From positions 89,894-153,893 of the forward strand of contig DASCPX010000190.1 of assembly GCA_036012755.1 (NCBI GenBank): a DNA stretch of 64,000 nucleotides. The letters run 5' to 3'. The position numbers and the translations under genes were made by a program. This document shows positions 19,496 through 29,083 of this stretch, piece by piece. The notes under the pieces were generated by a model, which made no database searches, was not told where the DNA came from, and worked only from the letters and a program-made list of their open reading frames with translations. The DNA is from Myxococcota bacterium. Lineage in GTDB: Bacteria > Myxococcota_A > UBA796 > CAJQPC01. Every line of letters starts with the position of its first letter. The first letter of the stretch is position 1.

Positions 19496-20692
19496 ATGCA
19501 CGTCCCGCCGCTCGCCATGGAGATCGCCCGGAAGGTCGCCGAGGCCGGAGGTCGAGCCTACCTCGTCGGCGGCTGCGTCCGGGACCACCTCCTGGGCCTG
19601 CCACCAAAGGACATCGACATCGAGGTCCACGGCCTCGACGACCTGTACGCCCTGTTGCAGCCGCTCGGCACCGTCAACGAGGTGGGCCGGAGCTTCGGGG
19701 TCTTCAAGCTGACGCGTGGTGACCTGGAGCTGGACGTCGCCATTCCGCGCCGGGACTCGAAGGTCGGCCCGGGCCACCGCGGCATCGAGGTGCGAGGGGA
19801 TCCGCACATGGGCCTCGAGGCTGCGGTCCGACGGCGCGATCTGAGCATCAACTCGCTGCTCTACGATCCACTCACTGACGAGATCATCGACCTCGCAGGC
19901 GGGTTGTCTGACCTCGACGCCAAGGTCCTTCGAGAGGTGGACGCGGCGAGCTTCGCAGAGGACCCGCTGCGCGCCCTGCGGGTTGTGCAGTTCGCCGCGC
20001 GCTTCGGCTTCGATGTCGCCCCCTCACTGCAGCGGATCTGCCGGGACGCCCAGCTCGACGAGCTGCCACCCGAGCGCATCCGTGGCGAGCTCGACAAGCT
20101 GCTGTCGGTCTCCCCCAGGCCCAGCGTCGGTCTCCGCTGGTTCGGAGAGCTCGGCCTGGCGGCGAAGGTGCTCCCAGCGCTCGCCCCCGACGAGGCCCTG
20201 GGCGAGGTGCTGGACCGCGCGGCGTCGATGGAGCGCTCGCCGCAGTTGATGTACGGCGCGCTGCTGCATCGGCTGGGCCCCGCGGCGTGGGAAGACAGCC
20301 TCCAGCGCCTTCGGCTCTTCGAGCGCTCCGCTCCGCGTGGCCGGCTGGCAGCTGGCCTCGCGTTCACGCGCTCCGAGCGCACCGCCAGTGCGTGGCGCCG
20401 CCTCGCCGACACCACGCCCGCCGCTCTGGCGGCTCAGCTGCGGGCGGCGATCCTGGCAGAGGACCTCGACGAGCTACGGGCCGAAGCGGAAGCCGCGGGC
20501 GTGCTCGAGGGTCCCCTCCCCGTGCTCCTCCGTGGACACGACCTGCGTGCCCTGGGCGTGGTCCCGGGACCCCGCATGGGTGCGCTCCAACGGCGCCTCC
20601 GAGGGGCCCAGCACGAAGGTGTCGTCGATGACGTCGAGGAGGCGAAGGAGCTGGTCCGCGGCTGGATCGCAGCTGGCGACGAGCCCTGCTAA
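19496..20692 (+). CDS. cca: CCA tRNA nucleotidyltransferase / poly(A) polymerase family protein
   Basis: YLVGGCVRDHLLG...DIDIE, RRDLSINSL, EDPLRALRVVQFAARF, ERIRGE, and C-terminal LRGHDL..LG..PGP.MG. Exact specificity (CCA, CC or A adding) cannot be determined by eye. Confidence 0.8.
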   Translation: MHVPPLAMEIARKVAEAGGRAYLVGGCVRDHLLGLPPKDIDIEVHGLDDLYALLQPLGTVNEVGRSFGVFKLTRGDLELDVAIPRRDSKVGPGHRGIEVRGDPHMGLEAAVRRRDLSINSLLYDPLTDEIIDLAGGLSDLDAKVLREVDAASFAEDPLRALRVVQFAARFGFDVAPSLQRICRDAQLDELPPERIRGELDKLLSVSPRPSVGLRWFGELGLAAKVLPALAPDEALGEVLDRAASMERSPQLMYGALLHRLGPAAWEDSLQRLRLFERSAPRGRLAAGLAFTRSERTASAWRRLADTTPAALAAQLRAAILAEDLDELRAEAEAAGVLEGPLPVLLRGHDLRALGVVPGPRMGALQRRLRGAQHEGVVDDVEEAKELVRGWIAAGDEPC

Positions 20693-20702
20693 GGTGCCGC
20701 GC

Positions 20703-22148
20703 ATGCTTCGCTGGATCGCACTGACGGGACTCGCTCTGACCCCGGTCGCCTTCGCCGAAGAAGCCCCGGTCGGCCTCGAGGTCCACACGGACGTCCGCGA
20801 CTCGTACGTGGCCGGTGAGCCGGTGCTCGTGCGCTTCACCATCAGCAACCCCACCGGCGACAAGGCGAGCTTCGCCGACCTCGCCAACCGGCCGCACCTG
20901 GTCCGCTTCGACCTCGTCGGACCGGGCGGCAAGAAGCAGACCTGGTTCAACACGCCCCCTCCCGAGGACACAGGCCAGCGCTGGGAGATCGTGTCCCGCG
21001 GCCAGCGCAAGGTGCTGCTCCAGATCCCCTCCAGCCAACGCCTGAAGCCGGGTCGCTACACCCTGACGATCCGGATCCTGGACGAGTCCGGCGAGGTCGT
21101 GCTCGATCCCCACAGCATCGAGCTCGCGCCCGCTGACCCGCTCTCCGGGACCCTCGTCCACGACGAGCTCGGGCTGGAGCGCGTGGGACACCAGCAGGCC
21201 TGGGTCCAGCGGAACCGCGTGGGCTACGACCTCTACCTGCACCACGCCGACGGAGCCAACGCCGGGCGCACGATCGCCGACTACCACCTGCTCCAGCTCG
21301 ACGGGCCCGTGGAGCCGACCTTGTCGCTGGCCCGACCGACCGAGCGGTGGGACCGCCACATCTACTGGCAGGACGGAGACAAGGCCCTCACCTGGGTCCA
21401 CCTGGAGGGCAACGAGGCCAGCGCACCGCCGCGCACGGTGACGCTCCCCTACCCCCGCATCGAGGCTCTTGGACGAGGCGCCACGGACGCCGCGGGAGGG
21501 CTCCACATGCCGGTCTGGATACCCGGGCCAGGCGGCGGCGCTGGCGAGCTGCGCGTCGTGTCGGTCACGAGCGAGCCTCGCTTCCGGCTGGTCACCCGCC
21601 TCGAGGCCCCGCCCCCCTGGCTCGCCACGGAGATCGACAGCGCGGGCAACCTGCGCATGCTGCTCGAGGTCGACGGAAACCTGGACCTCTACACCCTGGC
21701 CGGCGCCTCTGACCTGCCCGCGATCGGCAAGCGCCTCGTGAAGAACGCGCCCGATGACGAGGGCCAGAGAGCTGGCACCCCTGTGATGGCCGAGTTCGGC
21801 TACCTCGACGACACGGAAGAGGGCGGCGGGCTGGCGGCCTTCGTGCTGTTCTCGACCGAGGCAGGCCTGGTGGGCCGCTGGGTGGGCCTGGGCGGCGAGC
21901 CTCGCGGGACCATGGTCCCCCTGGTCGTCCCCACCGGGGCGGAGCTGGTCGACCTGCTGCCCATCTCGCGCGACGACTACGTGCTGCTGGTGCGCAGCGC
22001 GGAGGGCGTGCTCACCGCGCTCTCACCTGGCGAGACTCCGATCGCCGTCGCCACGGCCACTGATGGCGGCCTGCTCACCAACGGCGACCAGGTCCTCGTG
22101 CGCACGCTGGAGCCCGGAGGGCCCTACGTGCTCCACGCCGTAAGGTAG
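20703..22148 (+). CDS. Exported hypothetical protein (Ig-like N-terminal domain)
   Basis: MLRWIALTGLALTPVAFA signal peptide; YVAGEPVLVRFTISN...LKPGRYTLTI Ig-like pattern. Confidence 0.7.
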   Translation: MLRWIALTGLALTPVAFAEEAPVGLEVHTDVRDSYVAGEPVLVRFTISNPTGDKASFADLANRPHLVRFDLVGPGGKKQTWFNTPPPEDTGQRWEIVSRGQRKVLLQIPSSQRLKPGRYTLTIRILDESGEVVLDPHSIELAPADPLSGTLVHDELGLERVGHQQAWVQRNRVGYDLYLHHADGANAGRTIADYHLLQLDGPVEPTLSLARPTERWDRHIYWQDGDKALTWVHLEGNEASAPPRTVTLPYPRIEALGRGATDAAGGLHMPVWIPGPGGGAGELRVVSVTSEPRFRLVTRLEAPPPWLATEIDSAGNLRMLLEVDGNLDLYTLAGASDLPAIGKRLVKNAPDDEGQRAGTPVMAEFGYLDDTEEGGGLAAFVLFSTEAGLVGRWVGLGGEPRGTMVPLVVPTGAELVDLLPISRDDYVLLVRSAEGVLTALSPGETPIAVATATDGGLLTNGDQVLVRTLEPGGPYVLHAVR

Positions 22149-22149
22149 C

Positions 22150-23178
22150 TCAGCCCTCTTCTTCCTCGAGATCGTCGTCGGCGAAGGCGTCCGGGTCGAA
22201 CTCGCCGCACTGCGACGGGAAGCTCATGTCGGCGATATCGAAGTTGCCGTTCTTGGCCGTGCCTGCTTCGTAGTCGATGGTCCAGCCGTAGTTGTTCCCT
22301 TCGAGACGGGCGCAGCCGGTGTTGTCCGGGTTCAGGTCTGACGTGCACTCGCACCACACGGAGTGGTGGTCCATCGCGAAGACTGTCTCGAAGACCTCGA
22401 AGCCAGGTGCGTCGGTCTCCATCGGCAGCAGGTGCTCGACCTTGTTGTCGCCGAACTTGCTCGACAGCAACTCGTCGAAGATGTCGCTGCAAGCGCCACC
22501 CTCGCCGACGTCGTAGACGTTGATGGCGTAGTCGAGCTTGAAGTCGTCCAGCGGAACGCTGAAGGTGTTCAGGAGGATCATGTAGCTGCGGTCGGGGTGC
22601 AGCGCCGTCTCGATCGTGCAGTACTCCGGTGCGCCACGACCAGCGGCGGCGCCAGGTCTGCCGTTGATGTCGAGCATCGTGCACTCGTTGTACTCGATGG
22701 CCGTCTCGGTCCCGAGGGAGTCCTCGTAGATCTGCTCGAAGTCGCCGATCTCGAAGCCCGGTGTGCCCGTGTAGTAGCCGGCGAGGCCCACCTGGATGTC
22801 AAGGTCTCCGTCGTCCGTCGCGTTGTCCGGCCAGGTGAAGGCGTTGTTCGCGCCGTTCGTCGCGACCGACTGGTTCCAGAAGACCGACTCCGGGTCGACA
22901 ATGATGCACAGGTCCGAGCCGGTGGCGGTGACCGTCGCGGTGACCCCGCCGCGAGTGCCCGTGGGCGCCGGACCGACGGTCTCGTAGCGGGCGTACTGCT
23001 CGATGTGGTTGTCGCGGTCGTCCACAGGCACCACCTCGAGCTCGCCGAGGTGCACGATGCCAGGGAAGCCGTCGATGCTGTCCGGCACGTACTGGAGACC
23101 GGAGCGATCGCAGGCGCTGAGCGCGCCGAGGGCGACGACCAGGATGGGAATACGGCCCGTGGAAATGAGTGAGCGCAT
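22150..23178 (-). CDS. Acidic lipoprotein with a conventional signal peptide
   Basis: MRSLISTGRIPILVVALGALSAC lipobox (Cys23); coupled to the upstream gene; D/E-rich with paired Cys. Confidence 0.75.
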   Translation of the reverse strand: MRSLISTGRIPILVVALGALSACDRSGLQYVPDSIDGFPGIVHLGELEVVPVDDRDNHIEQYARYETVGPAPTGTRGGVTATVTATGSDLCIIVDPESVFWNQSVATNGANNAFTWPDNATDDGDLDIQVGLAGYYTGTPGFEIGDFEQIYEDSLGTETAIEYNECTMLDINGRPGAAAGRGAPEYCTIETALHPDRSYMILLNTFSVPLDDFKLDYAINVYDVGEGGACSDIFDELLSSKFGDNKVEHLLPMETDAPGFEVFETVFAMDHHSVWCECTSDLNPDNTGCARLEGNNYGWTIDYEAGTAKNGNFDIADMSFPSQCGEFDPDAFADDDLEEEEG

Positions 23179-24065
23179 CAGTCCTCCAGCTCGGAACCGA
23201 CAAGGTAGTTGATCTCGAGATCGACCTCGTGACCGGACTCGCGGAAGGCGTCGGCGTCCTCGAAGTCGATGGTGGGAGCGTCGTCGACATCGACCACGTA
23301 GTCGCCGCCGCCGATGAACTCGCCCGGGGTGTTCAGGAGCGTCCAGCGACCGGTGCCGTAGCGGTAGTCGTTGGTGTACTCGGCGTTGGACTGACCAATG
23401 GTCTCGTCGCAGGTAGAGAACTGGAAGTTGCCGTCGTTGGCGCTCGGCACGTCGACCCAGCCCCAGATGGACATGCCTGGCTTGTAGTTGGCATGCCAGA
23501 GGTTGAAGTCCGCCTCGAAGTCGCCGTTGGAGTTCTCCACGAAGTCCAGGCCGTCCTCTCCGGAGATCCAGGCCATCTCGTAGTCGGCCGTGATCTCGAA
23601 GAGCTCGTAGCAGCTCTGGCGCATGTAGTCGCCGCTCTGCACGGTGTTCCCGTTGTCGTCCACGACCGGGTCGTGCACGTAGTTCTCGAACCAGTCCAGC
23701 AGGTCGTCGTAGTCGACGAAGCGACCGGTGACGACGCGGCAGACCACCGCCTGGTAGCAGGCGTAGTCGAAGCGACCGGCGGTGCCGCCACCGTAGGGGT
23801 AGGTGTCAGGAGGCAGGTCCGAGTCGATGACGGGGCCGACCTCTGGGTGGGGGAAGCCGTACTCGGCCGGGATCGTGACCAAGGGGTAGGCGCCGATGAT
23901 CACCGGACCGATGTTCCGGCGGTCGACGACCTCTGTGGTCTCGCCCGTCGCCGGGTCGGTCACGTTCCGAGCCGCTGCCGCCCTGGGGATGGTGACTGTG
24001 CCGCTGATGTCCGCCGAGTTCAGGTGCTCGTCGAAGCTGCAGCCGATGCTGAGGAGAAGGAGCAT
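23178..24065 (-). CDS. Acidic lipoprotein downstream of the TonB-dependent transporter
   Basis: GAGG then ATG 24065, MLLLLSIGC; D/E/Y-rich. Confidence 0.75.
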   Translation of the reverse strand: MLLLLSIGCSFDEHLNSADISGTVTIPRAAAARNVTDPATGETTEVVDRRNIGPVIIGAYPLVTIPAEYGFPHPEVGPVIDSDLPPDTYPYGGGTAGRFDYACYQAVVCRVVTGRFVDYDDLLDWFENYVHDPVVDDNGNTVQSGDYMRQSCYELFEITADYEMAWISGEDGLDFVENSNGDFEADFNLWHANYKPGMSIWGWVDVPSANDGNFQFSTCDETIGQSNAEYTNDYRYGTGRWTLLNTPGEFIGGGDYVVDVDDAPTIDFEDADAFRESGHEVDLEINYLVGSELED

Positions 24066-24073
24066 GGTCGCCT

Positions 24074-26818
24074 CTAGAAGTCGTAGGTGAGCCCGACCAC
24101 GAACTCGATCGGGTCCTGGCGGTACACGGTCACCCACCGGTTCTGCGTGTAGACGTACCCGCCACTCATCACCGCGGGCTGACGGGCGTTGAACACGTTG
24201 GAGAGCTCTGCTGATGCAGTCAGCTCGCCCTTGCGGACGTCGATGGCCTGCTGGACCTGGAGATTGAGCCAGTAGTACGGCTCGGTCCGGGTGTAGGTGC
24301 CGAGGTCCTGCTTGAGGATGGAGGAGCTGCCGTAGCCGGAGCCGTAGTAGTACCGGGACACCGGGTACCCGCTGAAGTAGAAGCCCGCGATGCCGAGGGT
24401 CGTGGTCCAGGGGTCGGTGCGCGGGATCTCCCAGGCAGCCTGGAGCTTCACCTGGTGGCGCCGGTCGGTGCCGAGGTTGCCGTAGGCGTACTCGAGCTGC
24501 GGGGGCACGGCGATGTTCATACCACCACCGCTGAGCACCGTTCCGCGGGACACGACGTAGGAGTACGTCCCATAGAAGAGCCAGCGGTCGGCGAAGTACT
24601 TCCTCAGGTAGACGTCCGTCTGGTAGTAGTCCCGCCGGGAGACCGAGGGCGTCCGCATCCGGTAGAAGGTGTCGTAGGTGCCGTTGCCGTGGCCGATGTC
24701 ACCAAAGCCGTCCTCGTCCCAGTACCAGTTGGTCTCGTCGTAGACGTGCACGTTGCGGGTGAACTTGGCGATGAAGCTGGTGCCGAGCACGATCTCGTTG
24801 ACGACGATGCGCTCACCGCCGACGGTGAACTCGTCCGAGTGGGGCGCTGTGGTCTCGTCCCAGACGCTGAAGTTGCCCGGGTCGACCGGAGAGACGCTGT
24901 ATGAGTCGCCGGCCTTGTTGCCGTAGACGTCGAAGTACTCGCCGAGGAAGAGCTTGGAGCCGATGTCCCACTGGCCCTGGTAGAAGCCGGTGCCCATCGA
25001 GCCGATGCTGTTGAAGCGCCCGTAGCCGCCAGTGATCTTGGTCTGCTCGTCGCCCCAGGGATCCCAGGCCGCGTAGAAGCGAGGACCGAAGACGCCGTAG
25101 TTGAGGAAGGCCTCGTAGACATCGTTCCGCGAGATCGAGCGGTCGTAGCGAACGCCGTAGCGGAAGGTCAGGTTGTCGATCGGCTTGTAGACATCCTGGG
25201 CGAAGACACCGTAGTTCTCCGCGGTGGTCGTGTACCTCAGGGTGTCCGAGGTCTCGACCCAGTAGTAGTTCTCGAAGGTGTCGGGAGCGTAGGACACCAC
25301 GTTGAGGTCGACGTAGTAGACGTTGCCGATGTAGCCGAGGATCCGGTTGTGCTCGTCGCTGGCTGCGGACACGCCGACCTTGAAGTCGTGGCTTCCGGGC
25401 AGGAAGGGCAATGTGCGCTGCACGAGGGAGAGCTTGGTCTGGACCTGGCGCCGGAAGCGATCGTCGAACTGGTAGAAGTAGTAGTTCTGCGAGTTGAAGG
25501 CGTTGGACAGGCCTAGTCGACCAGGGGTCTCGAGGTCGATGGTGTTCTCGAGCTCGTCCGGATCACAGGGGTGGTAGCCGAGGTCCTGGTCGTGGGTGCA
25601 AGGCACGCCAGAGGTCTCGATGTAGCTCTTCGACCAGGTGAGCTTGGTGTCGAGGATGGCGTCCGGGGTGATGAACCAGTCCCACTGGAGCGAGGCGACC
25701 ACGCCCCCCTGGGCCTGCCGCGACTGCGCGGACGGATCGACGAAGCGGTCGCCCTGCTGCAGGTTGTCGACCGTGGTCGGGTCGGTCTGCATGAAGACCT
25801 GGAAGCGGTGCGACGCGCTGGGCTGCATCGTGAGCTTGCCGAGCACGTAGTGGCCCTCGTAGTCCCGCGGCAGATCGATGCCGACGTTGGAGAGCAGTGA
25901 GCGGACGCCGCTGTAGCTGATGATGAACCAGGCCTTGTCGCGCACGATCGGGCCAGAGACCTTCGCGCCGATCCGGTAGCTCTGGGACTGGCTGTCGAAG
26001 CCGGTGGGGGCGAGCTGCACGCCGTCGGCGGCAAAGCGGGCGTCCATCTTGGGCGACCAGTTGCCGTTGGAGTAGTAGATGTTCGTCTGGAACTCGAGGG
26101 TGTTGCCGCCGGTCTCCGTGACGATGTTGACGATGCCGCCGAGGTTGGTCGGGTACTCGGCGTCGAAGGCGCCGGTGATGACCTCGAGCTGCTCGATGGC
26201 GTCGAAGTTGAAGTTCAGCGAGAACGTGCCGGTGACGGGGTCGGTGACGTTGATCCCGTCGATCATGTAGGTGTTCTCGTTGTAGGCCGCGCCCGCCATG
26301 TTGGCGTTGCCGGTCCCGATGACTCCCGGGGCCGCCTGGAGGGCCTGCAGGTAGTCACGCCCCGTCGGAACCCGCTCCAGGAAGTCCTTCGTCAGGACCG
26401 TCGACCGAGCGACCTGCTCGGTGTCGATCGCTGGCCGTTCCTCCTCGACGATGATCTCCAACTCGGCAGACTGCACGACCATCTCGATCGTCAGCGGCAC
26501 CGTCTTTCCGATGAGGACCTGGATGTTCGGGTACTCCTTCGTCGCGAAGCCGGGCATCTCCGCCCGCACGAGGTAGATCCCGGCTGGGAGCTTCGTGAAG
26601 AAGAACCGACCCTGGTCGTCCGTGATCTTCTGCTGAGCGCCGCCGATCAGGTTGTCGGAGCTGATCGTGATGGTGACGCCGGGAATCTCGAGGCCGCCGT
26701 CGTCGAGCGTCACGCCCTTGATGGTGCCCGTCTGCTGCGCGTTCGCGGTGCCCGAGAAGAGCAGCGCGATGGGCAGGACGAACAGCAGGATCAGGCGCGA
26801 GAGCTTGGCCCAGGGCAT
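24074..26818 (-). CDS. Oar-like TonB-dependent outer-membrane transporter with carboxypeptidase-regulatory-like N-terminal domain
   Basis: AGGAGG RBS, signal peptide ending ANA, TGTIKG...PGVTITI...TDDQGRF...LPAGIY, plug NTYMIDGINVTDP...GAFDAEY, GVRYD, NVFN and C-terminal YDF. Confidence 0.9.
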   Translation of the reverse strand: MPWAKLSRLILLFVLPIALLFSGTANAQQTGTIKGVTLDDGGLEIPGVTITISSDNLIGGAQQKITDDQGRFFFTKLPAGIYLVRAEMPGFATKEYPNIQVLIGKTVPLTIEMVVQSAELEIIVEEERPAIDTEQVARSTVLTKDFLERVPTGRDYLQALQAAPGVIGTGNANMAGAAYNENTYMIDGINVTDPVTGTFSLNFNFDAIEQLEVITGAFDAEYPTNLGGIVNIVTETGGNTLEFQTNIYYSNGNWSPKMDARFAADGVQLAPTGFDSQSQSYRIGAKVSGPIVRDKAWFIISYSGVRSLLSNVGIDLPRDYEGHYVLGKLTMQPSASHRFQVFMQTDPTTVDNLQQGDRFVDPSAQSRQAQGGVVASLQWDWFITPDAILDTKLTWSKSYIETSGVPCTHDQDLGYHPCDPDELENTIDLETPGRLGLSNAFNSQNYYFYQFDDRFRRQVQTKLSLVQRTLPFLPGSHDFKVGVSAASDEHNRILGYIGNVYYVDLNVVSYAPDTFENYYWVETSDTLRYTTTAENYGVFAQDVYKPIDNLTFRYGVRYDRSISRNDVYEAFLNYGVFGPRFYAAWDPWGDEQTKITGGYGRFNSIGSMGTGFYQGQWDIGSKLFLGEYFDVYGNKAGDSYSVSPVDPGNFSVWDETTAPHSDEFTVGGERIVVNEIVLGTSFIAKFTRNVHVYDETNWYWDEDGFGDIGHGNGTYDTFYRMRTPSVSRRDYYQTDVYLRKYFADRWLFYGTYSYVVSRGTVLSGGGMNIAVPPQLEYAYGNLGTDRRHQVKLQAAWEIPRTDPWTTTLGIAGFYFSGYPVSRYYYGSGYGSSSILKQDLGTYTRTEPYYWLNLQVQQAIDVRKGELTASAELSNVFNARQPAVMSGGYVYTQNRWVTVYRQDPIEFVVGLTYDF

Positions 26819-26852
26819 GAGCCCTCCTGGGTGGGAACCGGTGAGCGGGACT

Positions 26853-26881
26853 GGAATACGCGACGGGGGGCAACCCGTCAA
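26853..26881 (-). promoter_or_regulatory. Sigma70-type promoter of the TBDT operon, overlapped by an inverted repeat
   Basis: Minus strand TTGACG-N17-TATTCC; GACGGG (26862-26867) / CCCGTC (26874-26879) inverted repeat across the spacer and -35. Confidence 0.5.
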
Positions 26882-27050
26882 CTCCAAGCGGGTGCTTTGA
26901 AGTGTCCCTGACGCCCCCGCCCGTTCACATCCGCGAGGTGCGGACACACTCATGGCCCTGAAAGAAAAACGACAGCCTCGTGCACCTATACCTTGACGCG
27001 CGCGAGAGCCGCCGACTATCCATCCGTGCTCCCGACAAGCGAGGCCCCCC

Positions 27051-27686
27051 ATGATCCGAACTCTCCTGTCCGCCGGCGCGCTCGTTCTTGCGCTTGGCGT
27101 CGCCGCCGGAGAGGCACAAGCCACGACCCTCTCGAAGCTCAGCGTCGACCAGATGACGGACGCCTCCGACCTCGTGGTTCGGGGCACCGTCACGGACATC
27201 TGGACGGCCAAGGACTCCGACGGCTGGATCTGGACCCATGCGCAGCTCGAGGTCTCGGCGGTCCTCAAGGGCGACACCGCCACCTCGGAGGTGGTCGTGA
27301 GCCAGCTCGGCGGCGTCTACATGAACACCTCGGCGCTGATCGAGGGCGCCTCGCGCTTCTCGATCGGCGAGGAGGGGATCTTCTTCCTCGTCTCCGACAA
27401 GGCCGGCACCCGCCTCTCGCCCGCCGGCATGTGGCAGGGCAAGTACACGGTCCGGATCGACCCCGACAGCGGGCGCGAGATGGGTGTGCGCTTCCTGCTC
27501 TCCCAGGACGCCTGGTACGACCACCGCTTCCTCCCCCACCCCCCCGTGGGTGACCGGCTCTATGTCGACGACCTCGAGGACGAGATCCTCGAGCGGGTCG
27601 CAGAGGGTTGGGATGGAGTACCGATCCCCGGTGCGGATCCTGTGAAGCTCCGCCGCATCAACAACCTTCAGCCCGGGGTCGAGTGA
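27051..27686 (+). CDS. Secreted protein coupled to the matrixin gene
   Basis: Signal peptide ending AQA; TTLSKLSVDQMTDASDLVVRGTV...VLKG...QLGG...F..GE; TGATG coupling downstream. Confidence 0.75.
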   Translation: MIRTLLSAGALVLALGVAAGEAQATTLSKLSVDQMTDASDLVVRGTVTDIWTAKDSDGWIWTHAQLEVSAVLKGDTATSEVVVSQLGGVYMNTSALIEGASRFSIGEEGIFFLVSDKAGTRLSPAGMWQGKYTVRIDPDSGREMGVRFLLSQDAWYDHRFLPHPPVGDRLYVDDLEDEILERVAEGWDGVPIPGADPVKLRRINNLQPGVE

Positions 27687-29083
27687 TGACCGCGCTTCTG
27701 CTGCTGTTCTCCGGCGAGGCCCAGGCCTTCAACCACACGGGCTGGATGTGGGGCCCCGACCAGCTCCCGATCGTCTTCTACGTCACGGACTACCTGGAGG
27801 ACTCGCTCCCCCAGACGCCGAACCCGGAGACGGGCTGGATGTACCAGGAAGAGGTCATCGTCAAGGGCTTCTGCAACTGGCACTTCGGCCCCTACTGCGA
27901 GAGCGTCGCCCCAGGCGCGGACAACGGCCTCGATGCCCGCTTCATCGTGCACCCCGACGCCACCTGTGCCGACATCCCGATCGAGTACGGCGGCATCAGC
28001 CCCGGAAACGAGGGCGCCAACGCCGACGATCCGCGCCCGAAGATCTACTGGGACGATCCGAAGGACAACATGGACGTCGGGACGAACGCGGTCACCTACA
28101 CGGTGTCGGATGGCTCGACCGTGAAGATCGTCCTCGGCCAGTCCATCAAAGGCGTGCAGAACAGCGACATCGTCTTCAACGACAACATCGACTGGAGTCC
28201 CGACTGGGAGATCGCTGACGGCTGCCAGGGTGACGAGCGCTCCGTCGAGTCCACCGGCACCCACGAGATCGGCCACCTCCTCGGCATGGGGCACTCCTGT
28301 GAGCAGGGCGAGCTCTGCGTCGACAGCGACTTCCTCGAGGCGACGATGTTCTGGTCGGGGGGCGGCTGCAACACCGACCGCTCCGGCATCAACGACGACG
28401 ACATCGCCGGCATCCAGGCGCTCTACGGCCCCTACGTGAGCTGGGACACGACCGAGGACACGGTCCGCTACGGTCCGAAGCCGCTCGAGGCATGCGTCGA
28501 GGTGACCGCCGACGAAGACACGTTGGTGACCATCACCGACATCGAGTGGGACTTCGGAGACGGAACCGCGAGCGAGACCGGAGAGACTCCCTGCCACACC
28601 TACGAGAGCGAAGGCCAGTTCACCGTGACCATGAACGCGACCGGCGATGATCCGGACTGCGGCGAGTGGACGGTCGCCCAGAAGAAGCGCGCAGAGTTCC
28701 TCGTCTGCGAGCTGCCCCGCCCCGGCTTCGAGGTCCAGCACTACGACGGCCTCGTCTACCAGATCGTGAACCAGACAGAGGTCACCACCTACGGCTGCGT
28801 CGACGGCGTCCAGTGGCAGATCTACAAGGGCGGAGCGGACGGAGAGCCACTCCAGAGCCTCGAGGCCTGGTCCCCGAAGATCGAGTTCCCTGGAGAGGGC
28901 GAGTACACGATCGTGCTCACCGCACAGGGCCCCGCCGGTGAAGAGGTCCACGAGGTCAAGGTCACCGCAGAGGACCTCAAGGGTGACGTCACGGGCCGCA
29001 GCTGCTCCACCGCGACCGGCGGTGTGGCTGGCTTCGGCGCCATGCTGATGGCCCTGGCGCTGGTCTTCCGCCGCCGCGATTGA
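27686..29083 (+). CDS. Matrixin-family zinc metalloprotease with PKD domain and MYXO-CTERM-like anchor
   Basis: HEIGHLLGMGHS (HExxHxxGxxH), Met-turn ATM, DDIAGIQALYG, PKD WDFGDG...HTY...GQFTV, tail SCSTATGG-hydrophobic-RRRD. Confidence 0.88.
   Translation: MTALLLLFSGEAQAFNHTGWMWGPDQLPIVFYVTDYLEDSLPQTPNPETGWMYQEEVIVKGFCNWHFGPYCESVAPGADNGLDARFIVHPDATCADIPIEYGGISPGNEGANADDPRPKIYWDDPKDNMDVGTNAVTYTVSDGSTVKIVLGQSIKGVQNSDIVFNDNIDWSPDWEIADGCQGDERSVESTGTHEIGHLLGMGHSCEQGELCVDSDFLEATMFWSGGGCNTDRSGINDDDIAGIQALYGPYVSWDTTEDTVRYGPKPLEACVEVTADEDTLVTITDIEWDFGDGTASETGETPCHTYESEGQFTVTMNATGDDPDCGEWTVAQKKRAEFLVCELPRPGFEVQHYDGLVYQIVNQTEVTTYGCVDGVQWQIYKGGADGEPLQSLEAWSPKIEFPGEGEYTIVLTAQGPAGEEVHEVKVTAEDLKGDVTGRSCSTATGGVAGFGAMLMALALVFRRRD

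Noticed and set aside
26819..27050. Cobalamin or other riboswitch upstream of the TonB-dependent transporter
   Set aside because: No B12-box or other aptamer motif was recognisable on the minus strand, and the predicted promoter leaves only about a 30-nt leader. An Infernal scan would settle it.
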